DNA from: an uncultured Pseudomonadota bacterium
GTDB lineage: Bacteria; BMS3Abin14
Assembly (NCBI GenBank): GCA_964454175.1
Contig: CAYVSA010000062.1
Location: 1 to 10,958, forward strand
Direction of reading: 5' to 3'
DNA length: 10,958 nucleotides
This document shows, piece after piece, positions 1-7,679 of this stretch; the stretch's first letter is position 1, and each line of letters opens with the position of its first letter. The position numbers were made by a program, and so were the translations under genes. The notes under the pieces are model-generated. The model did not search any database and was not told the DNA's origin. It worked only from the letters and a program-made list of their open reading frames with translations.

Positions 1-426
1 AGCGGAAACTCCAACTCCATAGCCAGGGAGCTTTTCTTCGACCAGAAGGCGGTCTATCGCATCATAGAGCGCTGGAAGGCCGCCGGCATCGTTGAGACCG
101 TACCGGAGGAACGCCCTGGAAATGTCTACCTCAAGAGAAAGGAGCCCTGGGCAGCGCTTCTGGGCAACGGCCGGCCTGCAGGCTATTACAACTGGGTCCG
201 TCTCTTCGGCCTGTGCGCGGTTGTCAACACCACCCTGTCCAACGGCCAGGACTCCGGCGGGAACGGTATAGCGGACCTCCTGTTCAGGAGCCTTTACGAA
301 AACGCGAGGGCTGCAGCAAGGCCCCTCGATGTCGAAGTTCCCGACCCGAAATTTATCCAGGAAGGCGGCTACGTGACGTCTTTCGTATCGACGATAACAG
401 GCATCCTGGAGGTGCTGAATAAATAA
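1..426 (+). CDS. 3' part of a hypothetical protein with a possible winged helix-turn-helix segment (5'-truncated by the window edge)
   Basis: My translation of frame +1 is open from base 1 to TAA at 424-426 (141 codons): SGNSNSIARELFFDQKAVYRIIERWKAAGIVETVPEERPGNVYLKRKEPWAALLG...GILEVLNK*. It has no start codon inside the window, so the ORF track omits it. The segment IARELFFDQKAVYRIIERWKAAGIVE resembles the HTH recognition helix plus wing strand of wHTH proteins (inference). Confidence 0.7.
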   Translation, partial: SGNSNSIARELFFDQKAVYRIIERWKAAGIVETVPEERPGNVYLKRKEPWAALLGNGRPAGYYNWVRLFGLCAVVNTTLSNGQDSGGNGIADLLFRSLYENARAAARPLDVEVPDPKFIQEGGYVTSFVSTITGILEVLNK

Positions 427-491
427 CGAGGGGGAAGAAAGTCAGGTTCCGGTCCAACAGGGCACCGGGACAGGGAACTGCAGGTCTTTAT

Positions 492-497
492 AGGAGG
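492..497 (+). promoter_or_regulatory. Shine-Dalgarno sequence of the permease gene
   Basis: AGGAGG at 492-497, 5 nt before the ATG at 503. Confidence 0.8.
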
Positions 498-502
498 GTG
501 TT

Positions 503-1693
503 ATGAAAGGTGAAGTGACCACGTTAAAGGGGATTTTCGTATTTGCGGCGACAATAATCGGTGCCGGGATCCTGGCGCTGCCCATTGCCGCGGCCAGCGC
601 CGGGCTGTTCCCGACGATACTCATCCTGGTTATCATCGGTACTGTGTCAGTGTTTTCGGCTCTGTATATAGCAGAGGCGGTTCTCGTTACCGATGGGGAC
701 CATCACCTGCCGACCCTCGCTGAGAAATATCTGGGCAAGGCAGGGCTTTTTGCCATGTTTGCAGGGGTCATCATCTATATCTACGGGGCCCTGACAGGGT
801 ACCTGAGCGCGGGCGGCCAGCTTTTTAACACGCTGTCAAACGGGGCCATACCCATCTGGATGGGTGTATGGATCTACTTTTTCATCGCAAGCTTCATTGT
901 CCACTTCGGCCTCAAGCTGGTGTCACAAGTGGAGACGTATCTGTTCATCGGGATGCTGGTCCTTTTAGGCCTGGTGATGACCATCGCGCTCATAAAAGTT
1001 CGTGTGCCGCTTCTCATGGAGGCCAACTGGAACGCGACCCTCGGTATCTTCGGTGTAGTTCTCTTCGCCTACGTCGGCCACTCGGTGATCCCCTCTATCG
1101 CAGCAGGCCTTGGGAAGAAGAAGGACATTAACAAGGTGGCGGTGTGGGGTGTGGTCATTCCCCTCTTCCTCTACATCCTGTGGAGCGTTGTCGTGATTGG
1201 CGTGGTCCCCAAGGCGAGCCTCCTGGTTGCCAAGACAGCCGGCCAGCCTGCGACGATCCCCCTCGGCATTATTGCGGGAACCAGCATCGCCCTGCTAGGA
1301 AGCGTCTTTGCCGTGCTTTCCACAATGACGTCCTATATCGGGTTCGGCTTCTCCCTCAAGGAGGTCTACCACGACACGGCCGGGACCTTTAAAAAGAGGC
1401 TGGCGCCCCACCTGGCAACTGCCCTGGTGGTGGTCCCTCCCCTCCTCATAACCCTTATGAAGCCGGGAGCATTCATCAAGGCCCTGGACATCGCCGGCAC
1501 CTATGGCGGAGGCATCTTCGTGGGTATACTGCCGGTGCTCATCGTCCTGAAATCGCGGAAGGTAAACGGCAATAGCCAGCACATGACCTGGGGCGGCAGG
1601 TGGACACCCTATATGGTCCTGGGAGTCTACCTCATCGGGATGGCGTATGCGACGTACAAGATATTCTTCGAGGCTTTTGGCTTGAGCGTCTAA
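503..1693 (+). CDS. Aromatic amino acid transport family protein (HAAAP, TyrP/Mtr-like permease, APC superfamily)
   Basis: 396 aa with about 11 hydrophobic segments. The TM1 motif ATIIGAGILALP matches the family pattern (G/A)TxIGAGxLALP. YVGHSVIPSI matches the TM6 FxxHxxIPS pattern, and TSYIGFGFSL matches the TSF(L/I)G pattern. It has a strong RBS. The substrate cannot be assigned from sequence. Confidence 0.88.
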   Translation: MKGEVTTLKGIFVFAATIIGAGILALPIAAASAGLFPTILILVIIGTVSVFSALYIAEAVLVTDGDHHLPTLAEKYLGKAGLFAMFAGVIIYIYGALTGYLSAGGQLFNTLSNGAIPIWMGVWIYFFIASFIVHFGLKLVSQVETYLFIGMLVLLGLVMTIALIKVRVPLLMEANWNATLGIFGVVLFAYVGHSVIPSIAAGLGKKKDINKVAVWGVVIPLFLYILWSVVVIGVVPKASLLVAKTAGQPATIPLGIIAGTSIALLGSVFAVLSTMTSYIGFGFSLKEVYHDTAGTFKKRLAPHLATALVVVPPLLITLMKPGAFIKALDIAGTYGGGIFVGILPVLIVLKSRKVNGNSQHMTWGGRWTPYMVLGVYLIGMAYATYKIFFEAFGLSV

Positions 1694-1714
1694 AAAACTA
1701 CGGGGATCAGGAAG

Positions 1715-2938
1715 TTATCCGAACTCGTCGAACATTATGTCTTCCTCTTCGACCCCGTTGTCGATGAGCATGCCTGTCAACGCCGAGAGCATGGGAGGTG
1801 GTCCGCAGAGGTAGTATTCACAATCCTCCGGTGCCGGGTGGTCCTTGATGTAGTTTTCGTACAGCACCTGATGGATGAAGCCTGTGGGCCCGGTCCAGTT
1901 GTCCTCGGGGGATGGTTCGGAAAGGGCTATGTGCCACTGGAAGTTTTCGTATTCGGCCGCAAGTCCATCGAAATCCGCTCTGTAAAAAAGCTCTTTCAGG
2001 GACCTTGCTCCATACCAGAAGGAGATTTTTCTTTTCGTTTTTAACCGCTTTAGCTGATCAATGATGTGTGAGCGCATGGGCGCCATTCCCGAGCCGCCGC
2101 CCACGAAGATCATCTCCTTATCCGTTTCCCTCGCAAAGAACTCTCCGTAGGGCCCCCTGACAGTGACATTGTCGCCGGGTTTCAGATTAAATATATATGA
2201 AGACAGTTTGCCCGGCGGAACACCGCTGCTTCTCGGCGGCGGCGATGCAATTCGGATATTCAGTATGATTACCCCTCGTTCTTCCGGGGCGTTGGCCATG
2301 GAATAGGCCCTGGTTATGGACTCTTTCACAACAGAGTGGTGGCCCCACATCTTGAATTTGTCCCAATCACGCCTGAACTTGTCCCCCACATTGAAATCCT
2401 TGTAATCCACGATGTGGGGCGGACACTCTATCTGAACATAACCGCCTGCCCTGAACTGGATGTCTTCGTTGGCGGGCAGTTCCAGGACCAGCTCCTTTAT
2501 AAATGTCGCAACGTTATCATTGGAGCGCACGGTACACTCCCACTTCTTCGCCTTGAAGTACTCGTCCGGGATGACGACTTTCAGGTCACGCTTTACGGGA
2601 ACCTGGCAGGAAAGACGCAAGCCCTCTGCTGCCTCCTTTTTTGAGATGTGGGAGAACTCGGGCGGAAGGGGCTCGCCTCCACCCTCCAGGACCTTTAACC
2701 GACACAATCCGCAGGTTCCCACACCAGCACACGCAGTTGGCAGAAAGACTCCCTGGCCGGAAAGTGTGTGGAGGAGTTTACCGCCCACGGGAACGGTGAG
2801 CTCGTTTTCAGAGTCTTCATTGATGTTGATCGTTACCTGCCCCGAGCCCACGAGAAAATGCCTGGCGAGCATTATCATGGCAACCAGGGCCATGATGACT
2901 GCCGTGAACACGAATATGCCCAGAGCGATCTCAGTCAT
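1715..2938 (-). CDS. nqrF: Na+-translocating NADH:quinone oxidoreductase subunit F
   Basis: 407 aa. N-terminal TM helix, [2Fe-2S] motif [10 protein letters not shown]...[36 protein letters not shown]-binding RAYSMAN, NADH-binding [21 protein letters not shown] and C-terminal FDEFG. It is the last gene of the nqr run. Confidence 0.98.
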   Translation of the reverse strand: MTEIALGIFVFTAVIMALVAMIMLARHFLVGSGQVTININEDSENELTVPVGGKLLHTLSGQGVFLPTACAGVGTCGLCRLKVLEGGGEPLPPEFSHISKKEAAEGLRLSCQVPVKRDLKVVIPDEYFKAKKWECTVRSNDNVATFIKELVLELPANEDIQFRAGGYVQIECPPHIVDYKDFNVGDKFRRDWDKFKMWGHHSVVKESITRAYSMANAPEERGVIILNIRIASPPPRSSGVPPGKLSSYIFNLKPGDNVTVRGPYGEFFARETDKEMIFVGGGSGMAPMRSHIIDQLKRLKTKRKISFWYGARSLKELFYRADFDGLAAEYENFQWHIALSEPSPEDNWTGPTGFIHQVLYENYIKDHPAPEDCEYYLCGPPPMLSALTGMLIDNGVEEEDIMFDEFG

Positions 2939-2972
2939 TCAGCATCCCTTAAGAAATTCAGATTGGACTGCC

Positions 2973-3584
2973 TCAAATCTTAATCCCTGAAAACAGCAAA
3001 AATCCAAGTGCAAGCAGCCCCGCGGTCATAAAGGTTATACCCAACCCTTCAAGACCCTCCGGTACGTCGCTGTATTTGAGCTTCTCCCTGATCCCGGCAA
3101 GGGCGGCAATTGCCAGGGCCCACCCGAGTCCGGACCCCACCCCGAAAACGACGCTTTCGCCGAAAGCATATGCTCTCTGACGCATGAAGAGCGAACCGCC
3201 CAGGATGGCGCAGTTAACCGTGATCAGCGGCAGATATATCCCCAGCGCGTTGTAGAGACCGGGAAAATACCTGTCCAGGACCATCTCCAGTATCTGCACA
3301 ATGGCGGCAATGACAGCTATGTAGCTGACCAGGGTCAGGAAGGAAAGATCAACATCCGGCAGGCCCGCCCAGGCAAGGGCCCCGTCCCTTAAAAGATACC
3401 GGGATATGAGGTTGTTGGCCGGAACGGTAATTGCCTGCACCACGGTTACTGCCATTCCAAGCCTGACTGCAGTGTCTATGCGCTTGGAAATGGCGAGGAA
3501 GGTGCACATGCCCAGGAAAAAACTCAGGGCGAGGTTCTCAATAAATACTGCCTTGATGAAGAGGCTCAAATAGTGCTCAATCAT
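2973..3584 (-). CDS. nqrE: Na+-translocating NADH:quinone oxidoreductase subunit E
   Basis: 203 aa membrane protein. [29 protein letters not shown] and [10 protein letters not shown] carry the two Fe-S-ligating Cys. It also has VQILEM (conserved Glu) and [10 protein letters not shown]. It overlaps nqrD by 8 bp. Confidence 0.98.
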   Translation of the reverse strand: MIEHYLSLFIKAVFIENLALSFFLGMCTFLAISKRIDTAVRLGMAVTVVQAITVPANNLISRYLLRDGALAWAGLPDVDLSFLTLVSYIAVIAAIVQILEMVLDRYFPGLYNALGIYLPLITVNCAILGGSLFMRQRAYAFGESVVFGVGSGLGWALAIAALAGIREKLKYSDVPEGLEGLGITFMTAGLLALGFLLFSGIKI

Positions 3585-4206
3585 TACTGTCCCTTATTAT
3601 ATTTCTGGATTTCAGTATCTGCAGACCCCAGATGAAAAACCCTATGAGAAAAAAGGCGCTGGGCGACAGGAGCATCAAACCGTTGGGCTGATACCATCCG
3701 CCATCCCTTGCAAGGGGAAGTATCTGCATTCCGAAGAGGGAGCCGGCACCCAGAAGCTCCCTGAAGACTCCGATGAAGAACAGCACCAGGCTGTAGCCGA
3801 TCCCGTTGCCAACCCCATCCAGAAAACTTTCGAACACGCCGTGCTTCATTGCAAAGCTCTCGGCCCTGCCCATTATAATGCAGTTGGTAATGATCAGGCC
3901 CACGTAGACCGACAGCTGCTTGCTCATGTCGTAGCTGTAGGCGGTTATCAGCTGGTCGGCGACTATAACGAGAGAGGCGATGATGGTCATCTGCGCGATG
4001 AGCCTGATGGACGGGGAGATGTGGTTCCTGATGAGGCTCACGGAGACGTTGGAAAGTGCTGTGACCATGGTCACTGTCAGGGCCATGACCGCCACCGTCT
4101 CCAGCTTGCCGGTTACCGCGAGGGCGGAACAGATACCCAGTACCTGTACGGCAATGGGATTTCTTGAACATATCGGCTCGAAGAGTATTTTTTTGCCGCT
4201 GCTCAC
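3577..4206 (-). CDS. nqrD: Na+-translocating NADH:quinone oxidoreductase subunit D
   Basis: 209 aa, GTG start in a GTGA overlap with the nqrC stop. Motifs [40 protein letters not shown] and [17 protein letters not shown]. Confidence 0.98.
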   Translation of the reverse strand: MSSGKKILFEPICSRNPIAVQVLGICSALAVTGKLETVAVMALTVTMVTALSNVSVSLIRNHISPSIRLIAQMTIIASLVIVADQLITAYSYDMSKQLSVYVGLIITNCIIMGRAESFAMKHGVFESFLDGVGNGIGYSLVLFFIGVFRELLGAGSLFGMQILPLARDGGWYQPNGLMLLSPSAFFLIGFFIWGLQILKSRNIIRDSND

Positions 4207-5030
4207 CGTTTATCTCCCTGGTCCCTTGCGTTACTTCTCAGTCTGGCCAGGAAAGGGCCGAAGCCGTCGTCTCCGAGCCAGTAATTTAAAAGGTTCTCCA
4301 CACCCCTGCTGGTCATGGTGGCTCCAGAAAGGGCGTCGACCTGGTGGGCCGCCTCAGGGCTCGAGGAGTTCACACCCCCCTTTACCAGAGCGATGTCCGG
4401 CTGCCAGTCCGTATCGAAGACCAGCTTTCCCGGCCACTGAGCAACCCACTTCGGGTTGTCCACCTCACCGCCCAGGCCGGGTGTCTCCCCGTGCTGGTAA
4501 AAGACCAGCCCCTTGACGGTCAGGGTGTCTTTTTCCAGGGCCAGGAACCCGTAGAGAGTGGACCACAGCCCCTTGCCGTAAACCGGGAGAATGACCTGGG
4601 TGAAGTGCCCGGGTACCCGGCTCGAGAGGGTCTCATCCTTTTCTGTTACGAAGTAGACCCTGGCGTACCTGGCCCTCACCTTGATACCGGCCCTGTCCCT
4701 GCCGGCGGGTATGTCATGCCGTGTGGAAGGATCCCTGAGGGCTTTAGCCATGTCGTAGCTCCCGGGATCTATTCCCCTTATGACGTCGCCGCTTTCAAGA
4801 TCCACGAGGACCACGTGAACCTTGCTGAACGCTTCCTGGATGAACTCCTTTTCAGAACGTGCGTTCTCCAGCAGGCCGCCGGATATGAGAAGGTTCTTTT
4901 TCAGATCCAGTTCCCGGTTCATTGTCTGCAGGGGTTTGAGCAGTACAGCGGCGCTGGCGACCAGGAATGAGCAGACAACACACAGGGTGAAGGCAACAGC
5001 ATATGATTTTGCAAGGCTGTCCCTAACCAT
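4203..5030 (-). CDS. nqrC: Na+-translocating NADH:quinone oxidoreductase subunit C
   Basis: 275 aa. N-terminal TM helix [50 protein letters not shown], and the covalent FMN motif [11 protein letters not shown] (SGAT at 4317-4328). It overlaps nqrB by 8 bp. Confidence 0.98.
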   Translation of the reverse strand: MVRDSLAKSYAVAFTLCVVCSFLVASAAVLLKPLQTMNRELDLKKNLLISGGLLENARSEKEFIQEAFSKVHVVLVDLESGDVIRGIDPGSYDMAKALRDPSTRHDIPAGRDRAGIKVRARYARVYFVTEKDETLSSRVPGHFTQVILPVYGKGLWSTLYGFLALEKDTLTVKGLVFYQHGETPGLGGEVDNPKWVAQWPGKLVFDTDWQPDIALVKGGVNSSSPEAAHQVDALSGATMTSRGVENLLNYWLGDDGFGPFLARLRSNARDQGDKR

Positions 5031-6219
5031 TGTGGACGAGCCTCCGTTTTATGTTCCTGTTTATCACCATGTAGTCGATCAGCGGCGCAAAACAGTTACC
5101 GAAAAGGATCGCGAGCATCATCCCTTCGGGAAAGGCGGGGTTCACAACCCGTATCAGGACCACGAGGGCTCCGATGAGAAAACCGTACATCCACCTGCCC
5201 GGGTTGGTGGCCGCCGAGGTGACGGGGTCGGTGGCCATGAAAACTGTACCGAAGGCGAAGCCGCCCAGTACGAGGTGCCATGCCGGGGTCAGGGCAAACA
5301 TGGGGTTGGTTGCGCTGCCAACCGTGTTAAAAAAGAGTGTGACCGAAACCATTCCCAGGGTGACACCGGCCATGATACGCCACGAGGCAACCCTCGTGAT
5401 GATGAGCAGGGCCGCTCCCAGCAGGATGGCCAGGGTGGAGGTCTCACCCATGTCTCCCGGTATCAGCCCGAGGAAGGCATTCTGCCAGGACACCGGGATC
5501 GAGCCCATTCCCCCTACTGTCGCTGCGGCGAGGGGTGTAGCCCCAGTCAGGCTGTCAATGCCCGGCCAACCCACGTCCCCGGTTATCTGTGCCGGGTAGG
5601 AAAAGAACAAAAAGGCCCTGGCGGTCAGGGCGGGATTAAGGAAATTCATGCCGGTACCGCCGTAGATGAGCTTTCCGAACACGACTCCGAAGCTGATTCC
5701 CAGGGCGGCCTGCCAAAGCGGGATGGTGGGCGGAAGTATGAGGGGGAAAAGCAGTCCGGTGACCAGGAAACCCTCGGTGATCTCCTGCTGCTTCACGACA
5801 GCGAAGATAACCTCCCAGAGCCCTCCCACAAGATAGGAGACTGTCAGGACGGGCAGGAAGAACAAAGACCCGTGAAGGAAGTTGGAGACGGCACTTGCTG
5901 AATTAACACCGACGCCCAGGACTCCCAGCAGTTCAATTCTCCAGCCCACCGGGTAGCTGATGCCGAACTTTGCCAGAGCCAGGTTTGCCTGAAACCCGGT
6001 GTTGTAAAGGGCCATCACAACAGCAGGGATAAGGGCCACAATGACCGTTGCCATGATCCTCTGAAAACCCTGGCTGTCTCTTACGTGGGGGGAGCTTTTC
6101 GTGACATCGCCCCTGGAGTACAGGAAGTCGTCCACCATCTCGAAGATTGGGGCAAGCTTTTTCCCCCGGCCCTGCTTTTCAAACAGAGACTTTTTCCTGT
6201 CCAGGAACTCCCTGAACAC
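5023..6219 (-). CDS. nqrB: Na+-translocating NADH:quinone oxidoreductase subunit B
   Basis: 398 aa, GTG start. Motifs PHVRDS, GGLWEVIFA, EGFLVT, GGTGMNFLNPAL, flavinylation motif DSLTGAT (TGAT at 5536-5547), GETSTL, FMATDPVT, PEGMMLAILFGN and APLIDY. Confidence 0.97.
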   Translation of the reverse strand: MFREFLDRKKSLFEKQGRGKKLAPIFEMVDDFLYSRGDVTKSSPHVRDSQGFQRIMATVIVALIPAVVMALYNTGFQANLALAKFGISYPVGWRIELLGVLGVGVNSASAVSNFLHGSLFFLPVLTVSYLVGGLWEVIFAVVKQQEITEGFLVTGLLFPLILPPTIPLWQAALGISFGVVFGKLIYGGTGMNFLNPALTARAFLFFSYPAQITGDVGWPGIDSLTGATPLAAATVGGMGSIPVSWQNAFLGLIPGDMGETSTLAILLGAALLIITRVASWRIMAGVTLGMVSVTLFFNTVGSATNPMFALTPAWHLVLGGFAFGTVFMATDPVTSAATNPGRWMYGFLIGALVVLIRVVNPAFPEGMMLAILFGNCFAPLIDYMVINRNIKRRLVHNG

Positions 6220-6221
6220 CG

Positions 6222-7562
6222 CTACCCTTCCCTCTCGATGAGCGTTAGTGTCTCCCTGAGGATGGAACCGAAGTCGTGCCTGGACGGGGAAACGAAGGAG
6301 AGAAGCGCAAGATCCTCCTCGTCCAGTTCCAGGCAGCCGAGAGACCGGGCCTGGTCGGTGTCTTTTGTCAGCAGTGCACGGAGAAGGAAGAAAGGCTGGA
6401 TATCAAGGGGCATTACCCTGTCAAAAATTTCCACCGGCAGGATCGGCCGCAGGCTTCCGAAACTGGAAGTTGTGAAGTCGTACTGGCCGCGTCTCAAGAG
6501 CCTCGAAATAAAGGTCGACGTGGCGGAGAAACTCTCCGTTCCGGGAAATGCCCAGCCCAGAAACTTTCGTTTTTCACCAGTGGGAAGGACGGTGATCTGG
6601 TAGTGGAACCGGCCCAGGTGGTCGAAGGGGCCAGCGGCGGCCCGGCCGTTCAGGACGCTTCCGGAAATGATCCTGTTCTCGCCGTCCTTTAATTCGCCCC
6701 TCACGATATCGGATATGCAGGACCCGATCTCCGTTCGGAGAAGGCGGGGTCGCTTCACCGGCAAGCCGGCAAGGGAAATTATCCTTTCAGTGAGGACCTC
6801 TCCCGTCCTGAAAAGATGACCGATGGCGGCCACTTCCTGGTAGCCTATGGACCAAACGGTTTTTTTGTCGCTCACAGGATCGAGGAAGTGTATGTGCGTT
6901 CCCGCGAGGCCTGCGGGGTGAGGACCGGAAAACTCCTCTGTCCGTATCCCCTCCAGATCTGTCCCTGGAACTGTGCTTCCTGGCGCCTTGCACAAATAGA
7001 TCTTACCGGTGAGTTTTTTCAGGACCTTGAGACCACTCACGAACCAGGACTGGAAGTTACCCAGGACGACCTCCACCTCCGGGGCCAGGGGGTGAGTGTC
7101 CATAGCCGTGACGAAGATAGCACTGGGCTGTGAACCCGGTGCAGGGGATTTCGAAAAGGGCCTGGTGCGAAAGCCGGTCCAGGCCCCGGATTCGATGAGG
7201 AGCGCTCGAACTTCCCCTTCATCCAGGGATTTTACGTCCTTTCCCCTGTATGAGGAAAAGCTGACCCTGTCGTGACCCCTGTTGGAGATGACAAGGGATT
7301 CAAAGGCCCTCCTCTTTCCGCGATTAATCGCCTCAACCGTTCCATCTGCGGGGGAGGTGAACACAACACCCGGGTTCTTTTTATCTTCAAAAAGCTCCTG
7401 GCCTATCCTGACCCTGTCGCCTACGCTCACCTTTATGGAAGGCCGCATGCCGGGAAAGTCAGGGCCGATCACGGCAGCTGAACCGGATGAAAATGCATCC
7501 TCCACAACCTGCTGTGGAGCTCCGGCAACAGGCAGATCGAGCCCTTTTTTAATTGTTATCAT
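6222..7562 (-). CDS. nqrA: Na+-translocating NADH:quinone oxidoreductase subunit A
   Basis: 446 aa. Typical N-terminus MITIKKGLDLPVAGAPQQ, LFEDKKNPGVVFTSP, FRTRPFSK, IFVTAMDTHPLA, FSGPHPAGLAGTHIHFLDPV, ISGSVLNG, RVMPLDI, LGCLELDEEDLAL and C-terminal IEREG. Confidence 0.98.
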   Translation of the reverse strand: MITIKKGLDLPVAGAPQQVVEDAFSSGSAAVIGPDFPGMRPSIKVSVGDRVRIGQELFEDKKNPGVVFTSPADGTVEAINRGKRRAFESLVISNRGHDRVSFSSYRGKDVKSLDEGEVRALLIESGAWTGFRTRPFSKSPAPGSQPSAIFVTAMDTHPLAPEVEVVLGNFQSWFVSGLKVLKKLTGKIYLCKAPGSTVPGTDLEGIRTEEFSGPHPAGLAGTHIHFLDPVSDKKTVWSIGYQEVAAIGHLFRTGEVLTERIISLAGLPVKRPRLLRTEIGSCISDIVRGELKDGENRIISGSVLNGRAAAGPFDHLGRFHYQITVLPTGEKRKFLGWAFPGTESFSATSTFISRLLRRGQYDFTTSSFGSLRPILPVEIFDRVMPLDIQPFFLLRALLTKDTDQARSLGCLELDEEDLALLSFVSPSRHDFGSILRETLTLIEREG

Positions 7563-7589
7563 CGCCCGTGACCCTGTTTGAGTGTTGTT

Positions 7590-7598
7590 TGTGGATAA
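7590..7598 (-). promoter_or_regulatory. Consensus DnaA box (TTATCCACA), function unverified
   Basis: The + strand reads TGTGGATAA at 7590-7598, which is TTATCCACA on the - strand, an exact match to the strong DnaA box. It is a single copy. Confidence 0.4.
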
Positions 7599-7607
7599 AG
7601 TATAGCA
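7599..7607 (-). promoter_or_regulatory. Putative extended -10 sigma70 promoter for nqrABCDEF
   Basis: The - strand reads TGcTATACT (TGn plus a 5/6 match to TATAAT), ending 36 bp upstream of the nqrA ATG. There is no good -35 at 17-bp spacing. TTGACC is present but only 13 bp away. Confidence 0.55.
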
Positions 7608-7679
7608 TGCAGGAGAAGGTCAAAAGGCTTTCTGCTTGAGAGTCTTTCAAGGCGCATTGGAGTCAGGACATTACTTGCT

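Noticed and set aside
213..422. 69-aa + strand ORF in the track
   Set aside because: It is an Arg/Pro-rich alternative frame inside the longer, more protein-like frame +1 ORF at 1..426.
3584..4171. 195-aa same-strand alternative-frame ORF within nqrD, plus the other short overlapping ORFs in the track
   Set aside because: They overlap unambiguous conserved genes, have unnatural composition and show no motifs.
4822..5901. 359-aa + strand ORF antisense to nqrC/nqrB
   Set aside because: Its H/Q/D/G/R-rich composition is what the reverse complement of a hydrophobic membrane-protein gene gives. It is a shadow ORF.
1715..7562. Rnf complex rather than Na+-NQR
   Set aside because: The A-B-C-D-E-F gene order, an NqrF with FAD/NADH/[2Fe-2S] domains and the absence of [4Fe-4S] motifs of RnfB/RnfC type identify it as Nqr.
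7563..7679. Replication origin suggested by the DnaA box
   Set aside because: I found only one consensus box, no AT-rich unwinding repeats and no dnaA/gidA-type context, and the region is only 117 bp.
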